From sequence record MK250028.1: 64,000 bases of DNA; one strand, written 5' to 3'. Below, piece by piece: positions 37,680 through 49,778 of this stretch; position 1 is the first letter of the stretch, and each line of letters starts with the position of its first letter. The notes beneath the pieces were generated by a model. It saw only the letters and a program-made list of their open reading frames with translations. It had not been told where the DNA came from and made no database searches. Position numbers and translations under genes: made by a program.

Positions 37680-38905
37680 CGTTTTCTCCATATATTTCTA
37701 TATGGTCCGGGTCATATCTTATGTTTATTTAAATAATAAACATTGCACTATTTCGGCATTTAAAACGATTCGTTTCCTAAAACGTTACTACGTATCAATA
37801 GTAGTCCTACTCCACCTGCTCATCACTTAGGGGATGACCTCCACACACATTAATAATTTTTATATGTTCTACCTATTAACATATTCCTAAAATTATTCAT
37901 TAAATAATTTTTATATTTACCGATTTTTAATTCTTCAATAGATTTGCCATTATTATATTGTTCTCTTAAATAAACAACTTCATCTTTAGATAACAATGGT
38001 AACTTCTATTTACATTTATCAGTTCTAATAGGCATTTTTACATGCATATATGATTTTCCAAATAATATTTTATTAAATCCACTCCATGAATATAAATTAC
38101 TATATTCTTTAAAAATATCATCTTCTTTTTCACCATTTACAAAATATCTTATTCTTATGTTTAATACTTCTTCATCAGATAAATTCTTAGAATTTGCATG
38201 CATATTTCCTCTACGTGTTCTTCGATCTGATTTATAAAAATCATTTACTTTATCTGTATTATATTCTATACCAATTTCAGGTCTTGTATAATAATGCCAA
38301 TATTTTGAAAATCCACTTTTTGACATTCTATCTTTATACATTTCATATACTTCTCCAAAAGTATATTTCATAGAATAACGTATTTTTCTTAATTCTAATA
38401 ATTCATTATCATTTAATATTGCTTTGGGATGCTCCTCCCCAACTTTTATTATAGTTGCAGAATGTCCACCCAATGTAGAATTATATCCATTATTATAACT
38501 ATCATATAATTTAATGTAATATATTTCTTTATTATCAGCTTCATCCTAATTAGGAACATTATCTTCTAATATTGAAAAATTTGATTCATTAATATTATAT
38601 TTTCTCATTGCTCTATATAATTTATAATCACTATGTTTCATATCATTTAAATGTTCTCTTACTCTTATATGATAATGATGTGTCTACCCAATATATACTT
38701 TTCCATTAGGAAATGATATTTTATAAATTGTAAATATTTTATTCATATATTATAAATGTAAAATTATAACATATTTATATTAACTTGGCTCGGTATTACC
38801 ATGCATATAGTTTCACAACTTATGTTTAGGCTTCACCGATGCATTAATATCGCTATATTAATACATTGCTTGATTAGCAATTAAGCACATAAAGGACCCA
38901 AGTTG
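37680..38905 (-). mobile_element. Group I intron 3 of nrdD (1226 nt)
   Basis: P1 GGAT/GTCC, omega-G, GTAATACCGAG and AAGATATGACC motifs; carries GIY-YIG gene. Confidence 0.87.
37850..38746 (-). CDS. Intron-encoded GIY-YIG endonuclease (code 15)
   Basis: 298 aa with TAG=Q; TIYKI..VYIGQT..E.YYI..GYN. Confidence 0.88.
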
Positions 38906-39667
38906 ATCCCTAAATTTCCATTTGTGAAGTTGAATTCCTTTGTTTGTATCTTATTCTTAAGTCTGCAGTTATGTGTTATATTTCCATTAGGCATTAAGAA
39001 ATATGGTTCAAGATTCTTATCGCAGAGTTCTACACAATAATAATCTTTTGGTTCATCAAGATTTACAACTTCAACCTTTGTAATTTTTCTTATAACAATG
39101 TCTTGATCTACATCTTTAAAATCATTTCTAAACATACCCATATATTGTCCATACTCAAAGATAAGTTGATCTCCTGTTTGAAGCAAATATGCTTGCTTAT
39201 CTTTAATCATCTTATCATCATCAATAATAGGGAATATATGATCCGGTGTAACTCTCATTACATTTCGTGATTCATCCGGATTAAAATCGTCTGGAGCGAA
39301 ATAAATTCTTACTTCTTGAACTGCTTCTGCTTTTACAAACTTAGCATTTACCCATTCACCTGTACATTTACCTGTTGTACCATTAAAATTCATATGATAT
39401 ACATTAATAATTTCATCCTTATGCTTTTCATATGCATTTTTAAATGACTCAACCATATATGCGTTTGAACCTGCGTTTTCTTCCATATTACAAGGTTCTA
39501 CATACATGAATGGAGTATCACCATCGAAACAACAACTTGATAATGAATCAACTGTATCTGACATATATGTAAAGAATGAATGACCTCTTGCATATTCATC
39601 CGCCACAAAATCTGCAGATTCCTTATCAAGGAATTCACCATCCTTATATACTAATGCGAAACTTTCC
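38906..39667 (-). CDS. nrdD: NrdD exon 3 (contains mini-intein)
   Basis: (V)ESFAL..GHSFFTYMSD..SLSSC[intein]CRLKN..GNLG. Confidence 0.93.
38968..39531 (-). mobile_element. Mini-intein (188 aa) between the two Cys of the NrdD SCCR active-site motif
   Basis: Starts CFDGDT, has VTPDH block B, ends THN followed by Cys; too short for an endonuclease domain. Confidence 0.9.
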
Positions 39668-40487
39668 CATTTATATTCTATATAGTTCGTTACACTATAT
39701 ACGTTCATAATAATGAACTGCTTTATGTTACCATAAAGATTAGACTATATCACAATCCTATAAATATAGGATTCTCCCCATTTCCACTCACTTGAGTGTA
39801 CTTCCTTTCGGAATAGTCGTTGAACCTTATTATATAAATGAATATTTATGACCATAATATAATCTATTTGCATTTATCGATTTTACTAATCCTGATATAC
39901 ATGCAGTTCCTCCAATATTTTTAATAACTTCGGACATTGATGAATATATTATATTATTATCTAAACATTTTATTTTCTTTGGAAACGTTTTTCCCTTCAT
40001 CGTATTACCAAATGTTTTAATAGAATATAATTCATTCTCTGATTGTGTGCACCATTCTAAATTATCTACTCTATTATCTGATCTATTACCATTTAAATGA
40101 TTTACAAATGGTTTATTTTCAGGATTTGGTATAAATTCTTGAGCAACAAGTCTATGACATAAATATCTAGTTTTAATAGAATTTTGCATTAATGATATTC
40201 TTAAATAACCATCTAATGTATATTCTACTTTTAATGGTTTACCTTTATACGGACGTAATCCACTCCATCTACAAGGCACCATTCTATCTTTACTTCTGAA
40301 ATTACCTAAATTACTAACTTCAAATGCTCCATCATATCCTGTTATACTTTTCCAAATTTCTTCCATAATATTCTCTTATATAATCTTGGTTGCTGATTAT
40401 CTAATAACTTCGCATATTTATTAGAGTTCCCAGCAGTTAAAGGAGTTTTTCAATAATAAATTACTTTATTATGCCGCAGATTGATTT
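39668..40487 (-). mobile_element. Group I intron 2 of nrdD (820 nt)
   Basis: P1 CCGT/GCGG, omega-G, CTGCTGGGAA, AATCAGCAACC, GTTCAACGACTA, GATATAGTCT. Confidence 0.9.
39830..40366 (-). CDS. Intron-encoded NUMOD4-HNH endonuclease
   Basis: EIWKSI.GY..EVSNLG; HRLVAQEF..VNHLNGNRSDNRVDNLEW. Confidence 0.9.
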   Translation of the reverse strand: MEEIWKSITGYDGAFEVSNLGNFRSKDRMVPCRWSGLRPYKGKPLKVEYTLDGYLRISLMQNSIKTRYLCHRLVAQEFIPNPENKPFVNHLNGNRSDNRVDNLEWCTQSENELYSIKTFGNTMKGKTFPKKIKCLDNNIIYSSMSEVIKNIGGTACISGLVKSINANRLYYGHKYSFI

Positions 40488-40659
40488 ACGGGGAAGGTGA
40501 TTATCGTACGAAGACGTTCCTTATTAAACCATATCATGAAGTCTTTCTGTAACCATGAAACACTTTCCCAACATGGTCTTGTTCCTTCTTCATCAGGAAA
40601 TACAAATTCACCAAACATACCTTCAAAGAACGGTTTATCAAAATAAGAGAAATTTACAA
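40488..40659 (-). CDS. nrdD: NrdD exon 2
   Basis: (F)VNFSYFDKPFFEGMFG..WFNKERL..ITFP(V). Confidence 0.92.
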
Positions 40660-42067
40660 CATTTTTTCTTCTACATAAATCGTTACTTTATGTACGTTAC
40701 TATTTGTAACTGCTCTATGATTTCCATAGACGATTAACGAATTTCACGTTAAAAGGGTTTGTTTAAACCGTTTAGACTATATCACCAAATTTAATTTTCT
40801 TAAATTTGCACCTACACTTCCATAACACTTGTTATGTACTCTACTAACTCATTTAAAGTTTTCGATAGTCGTTGAACTTTTATCCTTGTAGGATAATTAG
40901 CTGCGTATGATTACCCAATCTTTATCGTTTTTACAATCTGATAGCCGTTATACTATCTGCTACTATCTATGTTACCATGATATGCTGTAGATAAAGCTCT
41001 AAGGGACTTCCCGCAATTCAAGGTGTTTATTAACGTCAGCACATGTAATTTCTCTTATAATTTAATTATTACCAAAATTATGTATTTTATACATGTGACA
41101 ATTTTTACAATATGTTATAAGATTATCTATGTTATTAAGTTCTTTATTTTTTATCGCTAAATTAAATAATTCATCAAAATTATCAGTAGGATTTAATTCT
41201 GGATGTTCTGATAATAAATTATGAAATAATATTTTAAATGGAACTATATGATGAACTTGAAGATTTTCATGACAACCGCATAGCTAACAAGTATTATGAT
41301 CTCTCTCTATAACTTCTGGAACTAATCGATTAAAATATGTTCTTATTTTATTACCTAATCTTGTAGTATCTGTTGTATATGGAATATTAGTAATATTTAA
41401 ACTATTTAATACTCTATTAATTACAGCTATTGTACAATTATATCTCCGTGCCAATTCTGTTTTTGATATTGACTATTCAATATATAAATTATATAATTTT
41501 TTATAATCATTAAAATCTTCTGGTATTTCTTTTTTATGATAATTCCACATAGATTCTGCAAAAGTACGTCTTTTAATCCCATTATGTTTTAAATGACTTC
41601 TTATAGTAGTTGCTGAACAGTTAAATATTTTACCTATTTCTACTGTAGATTTACCATCATTATATAATTTTATTATTTCCTAATCATTTGTATCATCATA
41701 TTGTTCATAAACTTCATAATTAGTATTTTTTATATTATATTTTTTAAAATATCTATTAATAGTACCTTTATGACATTTATATATTTCTGAAATTTCTTTC
41801 ATTGTTAAACCATTATTAACATAATTTATTAAATCTTCTTTTTTAATTATTAATTTAGATTTTTCAATATTCCATTTTCTTAAATATTCTTTAATATTTG
41901 CTAATGTTGTATTTCCTTCTTTAGCACACTATTTTCGTGTTAAACCTTTAATAACATAATTTTCATATAACCAATCTCTATCTTTTGTAAAATATCTATA
42001 ATTAGACATAATTTCAGATATGTAAAATTACATACAGGATTATGTAATTTTTAATTTATTTTAGTTT
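40660..42067 (-). mobile_element. Group I intron 1 of nrdD (1408 nt), endonuclease gene in the P1 loop
   Basis: 8-bp P1 GTCAGCAT/GTGCTGAC spanning the ORF, omega-G, AATTGCGGGAA, GTTCAACGACTA, GATATAGTCT. Confidence 0.9.
41062..42009 (-). CDS. Intron-encoded HNH endonuclease with repeated HTH-like N-terminal region (code 15)
   Basis: 315 aa with TAG=Q; CQLCG..LQVHHIVP..NLITYCKNCH. Confidence 0.85.
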
Positions 42068-43184
42068 ATGCTGACTATAATCCTCTGGAGGCCGCAGGTT
42101 GGTTAATTGAATACACGACCTATTGAAAGAATTGTTGAATACATGAACCAATAGTTCTTGTACCATCACCAATCTTAATAGGGTTTGTAAAATCTTTTAT
42201 TGAACCTTCTACATCATACTTAGAAAGTTCTGTTTCATATTCTTTAAGTTCCTCATCTGATAATGGTCGTTCTGAATTATAAACAAGTTCATCACGAAGT
42301 TTGTTTAATTCGTCTGAACCAAAATCATGATTTCTCAATGTATCTACATCTTTACACCAATAATTAGATTCATTAAGAAGTTTCCTATATTTAGGTCCAA
42401 TCTTATAAAATTCTTTACTATGCAAATGATAATCTTCACCAAACTCTTTTCTTGCAAAATAATCAAAATAAACAAGAAATTCCGATGTTGCAACTGCACC
42501 TGCAAATTGAGCAGCAACTGCAAATACAAGATTTACATACATACCACAATAAGAATCAAGATTTTGTGGATGACATGAAAGACCTCCTATTTTTTCTAAA
42601 CCATTATGAAGGAATGGATACATAGTTATACTTGTGCAATACGGACTTATGGCACCAGCGAAGCTAGACTCATCGTTCTTATATATAATATGGTTTTTTA
42701 AATCTTTTTGATATTGTTTTGCTTTAAAATTTGGATATAGTTCTTTAAGTTTCCTTGTAATCATACCTCTGCTTACAAGAATATTATCAGCTTTATGAAT
42801 TTCAGCATTTAATACGCCGATATTCTTAGAAGAAACGTTAGAATTATCATCTACAGTACTATTTGCAGTATTAGATGCATTCTTATATCTTTCAATAAAT
42901 GCTTCTTTGTTAGCAACCCATTCTCTGATTTCCTTCTTCTTATTACGATAAAGAATAAATTCTTTCGCAACTTTAGGACAATCATGAGAATACAAACTTG
43001 TTTCAATTTGATCCTGTATTTCCTCTACAGGAATACCATCATATGGTGTTATTGAGTTTGCAATATTAGCTATAGTATCTTTAGTATACTTAGTTTTCGT
43101 AGACTTAAACGCCTCACGAATCGCTCGTTTAACTGTCTAAACACTATAGTTCTCAAAACTACCATCACGTTTCGTTACCTTCAT
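42068..43184 (-). CDS. nrdD: NrdD exon 1 (anaerobic ribonucleoside-triphosphate reductase, ATP cone), 3 TAG
   Basis: MKVTKRDG ATP cone; SPYC.SITMYP; Q[TAG]VVYSINQPAASRGL[TAG]SA. The six exons sum to 2958 nt in phase. Confidence 0.95.
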
Positions 43185-43320
43185 ACTTAGTTTTCTTTCT
43201 ATTTTATTTTGGTAAAATATTTATTCTCGACTATGAGAATTTTTCAAAATATTATTTTATATATTATATAAAAAAATGCAAATGAAGTCTTATAACAAAC
43301 ATCATTTGCATTAAAATATT

Positions 43321-44040
43321 TTAATTATTTTTAAAAATTTTTTCTTTCCAATAATTAAAATCAATATCTTTGATTTGATATTGAATTAAATTTCCAGTTA
43401 ATACATCAGAAAGTTTTACAGGTTTATAATCATTTCCATCAACACCAACATCATATGTCATTGTTTTTTCTTTTAGTTTCTTAGCAATATTTGCATCTGT
43501 ACCTGTATATGTTTCAACATTCTTTGGTGTATGCAGATGTCCATGTATATTGAACTTTCCTAAAAATTGACCATCACAATGTGGATAATGTGAAACTGTA
43601 AATTGAAGAATTATTTTATCTTTATAATCGTCATATATTTGTACAATAAGTTCTGTACTCCAATATACTTTACTATTCTCATTATATGGCATCATATTCC
43701 TTCTTTGCAATACATTCTTTACATCATGATTTCCAATAATATTATAAATCTTTTCAGCATTAATATTATTAACCATTTCATCATATGTACTTACATTACT
43801 AAATATAAAATCACCACAATTTATAAGTATTGGATTAACACATTCAGATAAAGTTTCATTAAGATTATCAAATAAAACTTTATTCATTTCTTGTACATTT
43901 TTAAATGGTCGATTACAATATTTTATTATATTTGCATGATTTGCATGTATATCGCTAGTAAAAAATATTCTATTTATATCAGATACTTTAAACTTTAATA
44001 TATGCGGCCCCATTACTACTGTTTTCTTTTCTTGCTTCAT
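43321..44040 (-). CDS. Calcineurin-like metallophosphoesterase
   Basis: TSDIH, GDF, GNHD, HYP, HGHLH. Confidence 0.88.
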   Translation of the reverse strand: MKQEKKTVVMGPHILKFKVSDINRIFFTSDIHANHANIIKYCNRPFKNVQEMNKVLFDNLNETLSECVNPILINCGDFIFSNVSTYDEMVNNINAEKIYNIIGNHDVKNVLQRRNMMPYNENSKVYWSTELIVQIYDDYKDKIILQFTVSHYPHCDGQFLGKFNIHGHLHTPKNVETYTGTDANIAKKLKEKTMTYDVGVDGNDYKPVKLSDVLTGNLIQYQIKDIDFNYWKEKIFKNN

Positions 44041-44043
44041 TAT

Positions 44044-44298
44044 TTACCAAAATCCCCTTTTATAATCTTCATATTCTACATAACATCTTTCTACATTCCT
44101 AAATAGAATTTTAAAATAACGTGGAAGTTCATCATACATTAATGCTAAACATTGATCTACACTTAATGGATCAACTATATATTCATGTCCAGATAATTCC
44201 CAACATTTAGTTATAAGTTTTGCTTCACTTTCAACATAATCACACATAAATGGAGCAATCCATATATTACCAGAGTTCTTAATTGTTACAATTCTCAT
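44044..44298 (-). CDS. Hypothetical protein
   Basis: ORF track. Confidence 0.65.
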   Translation of the reverse strand: MRIVTIKNSGNIWIAPFMCDYVESEAKLITKCWELSGHEYIVDPLSVDQCLALMYDELPRYFKILFRNVERCYVEYEDYKRGFW

Positions 44299-44300
44299 TA

Positions 44301-45104
44301 TTACATATTTCTAAATGAAGTTTTTGGATCAAAACCTGCATTTATAATTTTTGTTTTATTATCAGGTAAGCATTCAGGTTCTTTCTTTGTTTCCCAAAGA
44401 AAATTCTCTATATCTATATAAACATTCTGCTCATTTGTTATTCTACTTCTATTTGAACCTAATACATCAAACTTTTGTTTTACAAATATAGGATTAATTG
44501 TTAATCCTGCATTACCATCAAGATAGTGAGAAATATCATCTGATTCATTAGCATACATAAAAGTAGGTGATTCAAGCTTTCTGAATATATCTGGATTCTC
44601 TATTTTCCAACTTTGTTTTTCAAATTCAAATTTAGGAATATACCACCTACTATTTCTATCATACAATTTATCAATATGAAGCTTTTCTCTTAATCCATTT
44701 TTCTTACAATATTCATCAAATTTACATTGGACCTTATTATAAATTTTATCCCACAAATTCTTATCATGTACATATTCTTCAGCAACTGGTATAGGATTTA
44801 ATTCAATAGGGACATATGTATTTCTTGTAATTTTATGCATAATTACATAAAATGGACATATATAGATATAAGGATAAAATCCACATACAATAGATTCCAT
44901 CCATGCTACATAATCTTCTTTAAATCCATTTGTATGAAAATAAAGATGTCCATAATCATGAATTTCCTTTATAATAGATTTATATTTTTTATCATCTTTA
45001 TCTATTTGTATAGGATTACGTACATAGGTAATACTTTCATCTGGTTTACCAAGAATAAATCCAAATGAATCATAAAAATCCTTATATTTTGATACTATTT
45101 TCAT
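44301..45104 (-). CDS. Hypothetical phage protein
   Basis: 267-aa ORF. Confidence 0.75.
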   Translation of the reverse strand: MKIVSKYKDFYDSFGFILGKPDESITYVRNPIQIDKDDKKYKSIIKEIHDYGHLYFHTNGFKEDYVAWMESIVCGFYPYIYICPFYVIMHKITRNTYVPIELNPIPVAEEYVHDKNLWDKIYNKVQCKFDEYCKKNGLREKLHIDKLYDRNSRWYIPKFEFEKQSWKIENPDIFRKLESPTFMYANESDDISHYLDGNAGLTINPIFVKQKFDVLGSNRSRITNEQNVYIDIENFLWETKKEPECLPDNKTKIINAGFDPKTSFRNM

Positions 45105-45109
45105 AATGA

Positions 45110-45562
45110 TTAAACTTTCATTTCTTTGCTAGATTCTGCAATATAAAGTTTCATATGTGTAAATATCATATATCCCCTATATACAGTATCTAAATTTTCA
45201 TTTTCGTAAAAATGCTTTACTGCATTCTTCCTTTGTTCTTCACGTATTTCATCTATTCCTCTCCATTGAGATTCAGACCTATATGTATATTCATTAAATT
45301 TAAATCCATATGAATATTGTTCATATAAATCATTATTTAGTTTTCGAACGTGATTATATATATTTTCCCAAAGTTTCTTATCTATCCGTTTATTTGCATT
45401 CATAAAAAGATAAATCATGTCATAATTATCTTCTATATATGTAGCAAATGTTTCTTTAATATATGGCTGAAATTCTTCATATGGATGATGTTTCTTTGGA
45501 CGACCTCGTTTTCTTTTAACCGGTTGTTCAATAATTTCTTCAGTATCTTTAATTTCTTCCAT
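45110..45562 (-). CDS. Hypothetical protein with AT-hook-like motif
   Basis: KRKRGRPKK. Confidence 0.7.
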   Translation of the reverse strand: MEEIKDTEEIIEQPVKRKRGRPKKHHPYEEFQPYIKETFATYIEDNYDMIYLFMNANKRIDKKLWENIYNHVRKLNNDLYEQYSYGFKFNEYTYRSESQWRGIDEIREEQRKNAVKHFYENENLDTVYRGYMIFTHMKLYIAESSKEMKV

Positions 45563-45564
45563 TT

Positions 45565-45759
45565 TTACTTTGCAAACTTTAATTTCATAATAAGTTCATC
45601 CACTAATTCACCTGGAACATCATTCACTTTAATATATTGATTATCAAACTCAGACCATACACATGTGCATTCAGTCCACTTCAATACATCAATTAACTTT
45701 TGAACCGTATCCTTTGAAAGTGATACTTGATTATTATTTCCTTTAAGTGTAAAATCCAT
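45565..45759 (-). CDS. Hypothetical protein
   Basis: ORF track. Confidence 0.6.
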   Translation of the reverse strand: MDFTLKGNNNQVSLSKDTVQKLIDVLKWTECTCVWSEFDNQYIKVNDVPGELVDELIMKLKFAK

Positions 45760-45880
45760 TATCGTTTTAATTTAAGTTATTAATATACATATATTACTTT
45801 AAAAATATTGATTTGTTTACTCATATAAAATAAAAAATCTCTAATAATCTTTCAAAATTATTAGAGATAAAAATATAAAA

Positions 45881-46675
45881 TTACTTTCCAAGAATTAAAT
45901 TAGGAATTCCGTGACTACCAACATATGTTTTTGGTAGTTCTCCTGTCCATTTTTCAATTGCCATTTTTTGAATAAGCAAAGGTGTAAGAGACTGTTCTTT
46001 CAACTTATTTGCTTTAGCTTCTGCTTCTGCAAGAACAATCTTTTTCTTTGCTTCTGCTTCTGCCACGCGTATCTCATTGCTGACTCGCATTTCATCTTGT
46101 ATAGCTTTGTTTTTAGCATTAATAGCTTCTTCATAAGATTTCGGATAACCAATACCTGGTGTTAGTTGCTGAAGAATAAAATGTTCTTTTGCAAATGATT
46201 TTCTAACTCTATCCTCAAATGATTTATCAACTGATTCTCGATTTGATACAATCTGATCTGCTGTATACTTATTAAATTCAATACGAGCAGCGTCTCTAAT
46301 ATATACATATAATGTATTCTTTACAATATCATCAAGTTGCTTACGATATTTCTTAAATATAATAGGTGATTTCCCATCTTCTATTTTTACAAGAACTGCT
46401 GGATCAACTGTAAATTTTGTTCCATCTTTACTGTTTACTTCAAATGAAGGATAATCAACTGTCTGGATAAATGTGGGATACTCAAATACGTCATTCGTAA
46501 ATGGACAATACCATTTAACGCCTGTACATAGACTTACTTCACCCACACCCTTATCATCACCATAAAGATTTACATAAATACCTTCACACCCTGCGTCTAT
46601 CCTCTCATACCAGCAAGATGTCAAACTCATACATGCTATAATAGCAACAATAAAATTCAATAGAATTTTCTTCAT
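45881..46675 (-). CDS. SPFH/band-7 (prohibitin) domain lipoprotein
   Basis: LTS-C lipobox; RIDAG..G; coiled coil EAINAK..AEAEA; IEKWTG.LP. Confidence 0.88.
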   Translation of the reverse strand: MKKILLNFIVAIIACMSLTSCWYERIDAGCEGIYVNLYGDDKGVGEVSLCTGVKWYCPFTNDVFEYPTFIQTVDYPSFEVNSKDGTKFTVDPAVLVKIEDGKSPIIFKKYRKQLDDIVKNTLYVYIRDAARIEFNKYTADQIVSNRESVDKSFEDRVRKSFAKEHFILQQLTPGIGYPKSYEEAINAKNKAIQDEMRVSNEIRVAEAEAKKKIVLAEAEAKANKLKEQSLTPLLIQKMAIEKWTGELPKTYVGSHGIPNLILGK

Positions 46676-46700
46676 ATAAAATTATATTTTAAATAGTTAA

Positions 46701-46952
46701 TTAATGTTGTATATTCTTATTCATTTCTTTTTGCCTCTTCATATATCTAATATAAAAATCATTATAATATCGCAATACAATAATACAGCAATATATAGTA
46801 AATAATATAACAAATAACGCTACAATATTTAAAATCGTAGATGTTACAGAAAGTAATGTAGGTATTGCATATCCAAACATTACAACCAGCAGAATAATAA
46901 ATCCTGATGTTACTGTATAAATTCCTAATTTTCTAAGTGGATTATGATACAT
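46701..46952 (-). CDS. Two-TM membrane protein
   Basis: Two hydrophobic helices. Confidence 0.65.
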   Translation of the reverse strand: MYHNPLRKLGIYTVTSGFIILLVVMFGYAIPTLLSVTSTILNIVALFVILFTIYCCIIVLRYYNDFYIRYMKRQKEMNKNIQH

Positions 46953-47062
46953 AGTTTTAATTTTTATAATTACAAATTTTATATAATTATTTATTACATT
47001 TGTCTACTTTTAATATAAAGAAAAGAGAATAACAAGTTAATGTTATTCTCTTCAATATAAAA

Positions 47063-49099
47063 TTACTTTTCAATCATCTTAATAGATCTCTTAACGAATT
47101 TCGCTAAATCTTCACCTTGAAGCAAACCATACTGCAACAATGCAATATCAATCAACTCGTGAATATGATTATCTGTATGTGCATGATTATTGATGATTTC
47201 TTTCTTCTTCTCAAGGACTTTATCAAGTTCTTCCTTAATAGGTTTCTTTGCATCATCATTTTCTGCGTTTTCAAGGCGTGAATTAATGTCTTTAACTTGT
47301 TCATTAATTTCATTAATTGCAGGTCCAATTTCTTTTTCTGCAATCTTAATAATTTTCTTAACAACCTTTGAATCTGCATTAATTACAAATTTAATATTTG
47401 CATTATCCTCAAGATACATACCAGCATTATTAAGCATAGACATTTCTTTCATACGACGGAAGAACTCATCTGCGATAATAGTAATAGGCAAAGCATCCTT
47501 GCCATCTTGCTTAACCTGGAATTGATGTGTAATCTTAGGAAGATTCAAATCAATACAATCAAACAAAGAAATAAGCATACTAATAATATTATCAGAAATT
47601 GGTTTAACTTTCTTTGTATCATCTTCTTTCTGAATAAGTTCCTCTGGTACTGCAGAGTCAATTCTCTTAAATGTTACATTCTTATCCTGAAGTTTCATCT
47701 CGAATGTATGAACTTCAAATGCACCATATTGACTATTAAACAACAAGATGTTATATCCATATTCCTTCAATGCTTCAATATATGTATATTGTGTAGCAGT
47801 ATCATATGTATAAAGATATACAATCTTTCCATTCTTATCTTTCTGTGTCTCTGATACCTTATCATAATATTCATCAAAAGTATACATCTTATTATCTGTA
47901 TCAACAAGAAGAATAATATCCTTTGCCTTGTCAAAAATATTAGGCTCCGTTACAACACCAAGGTTAATAAATGTTTTAATCGTCTCCCATTTCTTTTCAT
48001 ATGTTTCACGATCTTTCTTCATAAGAGTTCTCAATGAACTCATTACCTTATTTGTAATATGTGAACTAATCTTCTTAACATTCGCATCATTCTGAAGAAC
48101 TGATCTTGAAACATTCAAAGGAATATCAGGGGAATCAATCACACCATGAAGAAGACTCAAATAATCTGGCAATACACCATCAACATCATCTGTAACGAAT
48201 ACGCGGTTACAATACAAATTCAAATGTCTACGTTCAAAAATAGGATGTTTTTGATCGAATGCTGGGAAATAAAGAATACCCTTAAATGTAAATGGTGTAT
48301 CAATATTAATATGAATCCAGAAAAGAGGGTCAGGTCTACCAGGAAATGTATCCTTATAAAACTTAATATAATCTTCATCTTTAAGTTCTGATGCAGACTT
48401 CAACCACAATGGTTCATCTCTTGTAATCAAATTTTCTGTAGGCTCTGGATATGTAACTTCACCTGTAGACGCATCTGTTGTAGGTGCAGGAATATCTTTA
48501 AGATAAATCTTTACAGGAAGATATTCAGCATATTTCTTAAGAAGTTCAGAAAGTTTTGAATTATTTACATATTCATTATACTCATCAGAAATATGCATAA
48601 TTACATCTGTACCAACAGTTTCTTTATCATCATCTACAAGAGTAAATTCTGTTGTTCCTTCACAAGTCCAACGACATGCTGTTGAACCTTCCTTATAACT
48701 CTTTGTGACAATCTCAACCTTTGAACTCACCATGAAACTTGAATAGAATCCAAGTCCAAAATGTCCAATAATCTGAGTATCTTTATATTTCTCAAGAAAA
48801 TCATTAGCACCCGAAAATGCAATCTGATTAATATACTTCTCTACTTCATCAGCAGTCATACCGATACCCATATCAGATACAGTAATAGTATTATCTTCAT
48901 GATTAATAGATACCGTAACTTTCAAATCATCGGGATTTGCATTATACTCATTTGCACTAATAACCTTAACAAGTTTCTCTGTTGCATCAACTGCATTACT
49001 AACAATCTCACGGATAAAAATATCCTGATCGTTGTACATGAACTTTTTTATCAATGGAAAAATATCCTAACTAGTAACTCCAATATTACCTTTTTGCAT
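47063..49099 (-). CDS. htpG: Hsp90/HtpG chaperone (code 15, single TAG at codon 11)
   Basis: MQKGNIGVTS[TAG]DIFPLIKKFMY..REIVSNAVDA, GHFGLGFYS, DSPDIPLNVSR. Confidence 0.95.
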
Positions 49100-49340
49100 A
49101 TTTAATTATTAATAAAATTTTTATTTAATTATTATACTCTAATATATGTTAATTGTTTGAATTATTTTAAAATAAAAAAGGATATAACCTTTAGAGTTAT
49201 ACCCTTTAAAAATTAATAGTATGTTTTTAATAATTATTCAAAATCTAAAAGTCCAATAAAATCTCCGCTTTAAATTAACCTCCAATAACACAGGGACATT
49301 CATTACTCATTAATCATCCAATTAATCTATAATACTATTT

Positions 49341-49424
49341 TCATCTCATTTTCAACTCCTAAACTTATATCAAACTTTTATTTTAAAATAAAAATCTTTA
49401 TAAAAATTATCATCTCATTTTCAA
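49341..49424. repeat. 15-bp direct repeat upstream of htpG (49341-49355, 49410-49424)
   Basis: TCATCTCATTTTCAA twice in a non-coding gap. Confidence 0.6.
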
Positions 49425-49778
49425 TTCCAATATATTACTTCATAATCTTCAAATTAACTTTCTTGGGTATAATACTACTGTACTATTAAAATAAAGTTTC
49501 AATAATACCTTCCTAATAAACTGAAATAACTAATAAATAGTATCTAATTTATGTTTTTACTTGATTTATGGGATTATCAGAAATATGTATATTGTTTATT
49601 CTTAAATATATTTAATCGTTCATATTCTATTATATATTACTACAACTATACATATATTCATATCATATTTCTAATTATAAATATCTATTGATACTTATCT
49701 GATAAAGGAAATGGTCATAAAATCATAATGGTTTAGCCTATAGATTCAGTTATACTATTATTTTTTATATTATATCTT

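Noticed and set aside
49341-49424. Sigma-32 heat-shock promoter for htpG (TTGAAA)
   Set aside because: No CCCCAT -10 element, and RpoH is a proteobacterial factor
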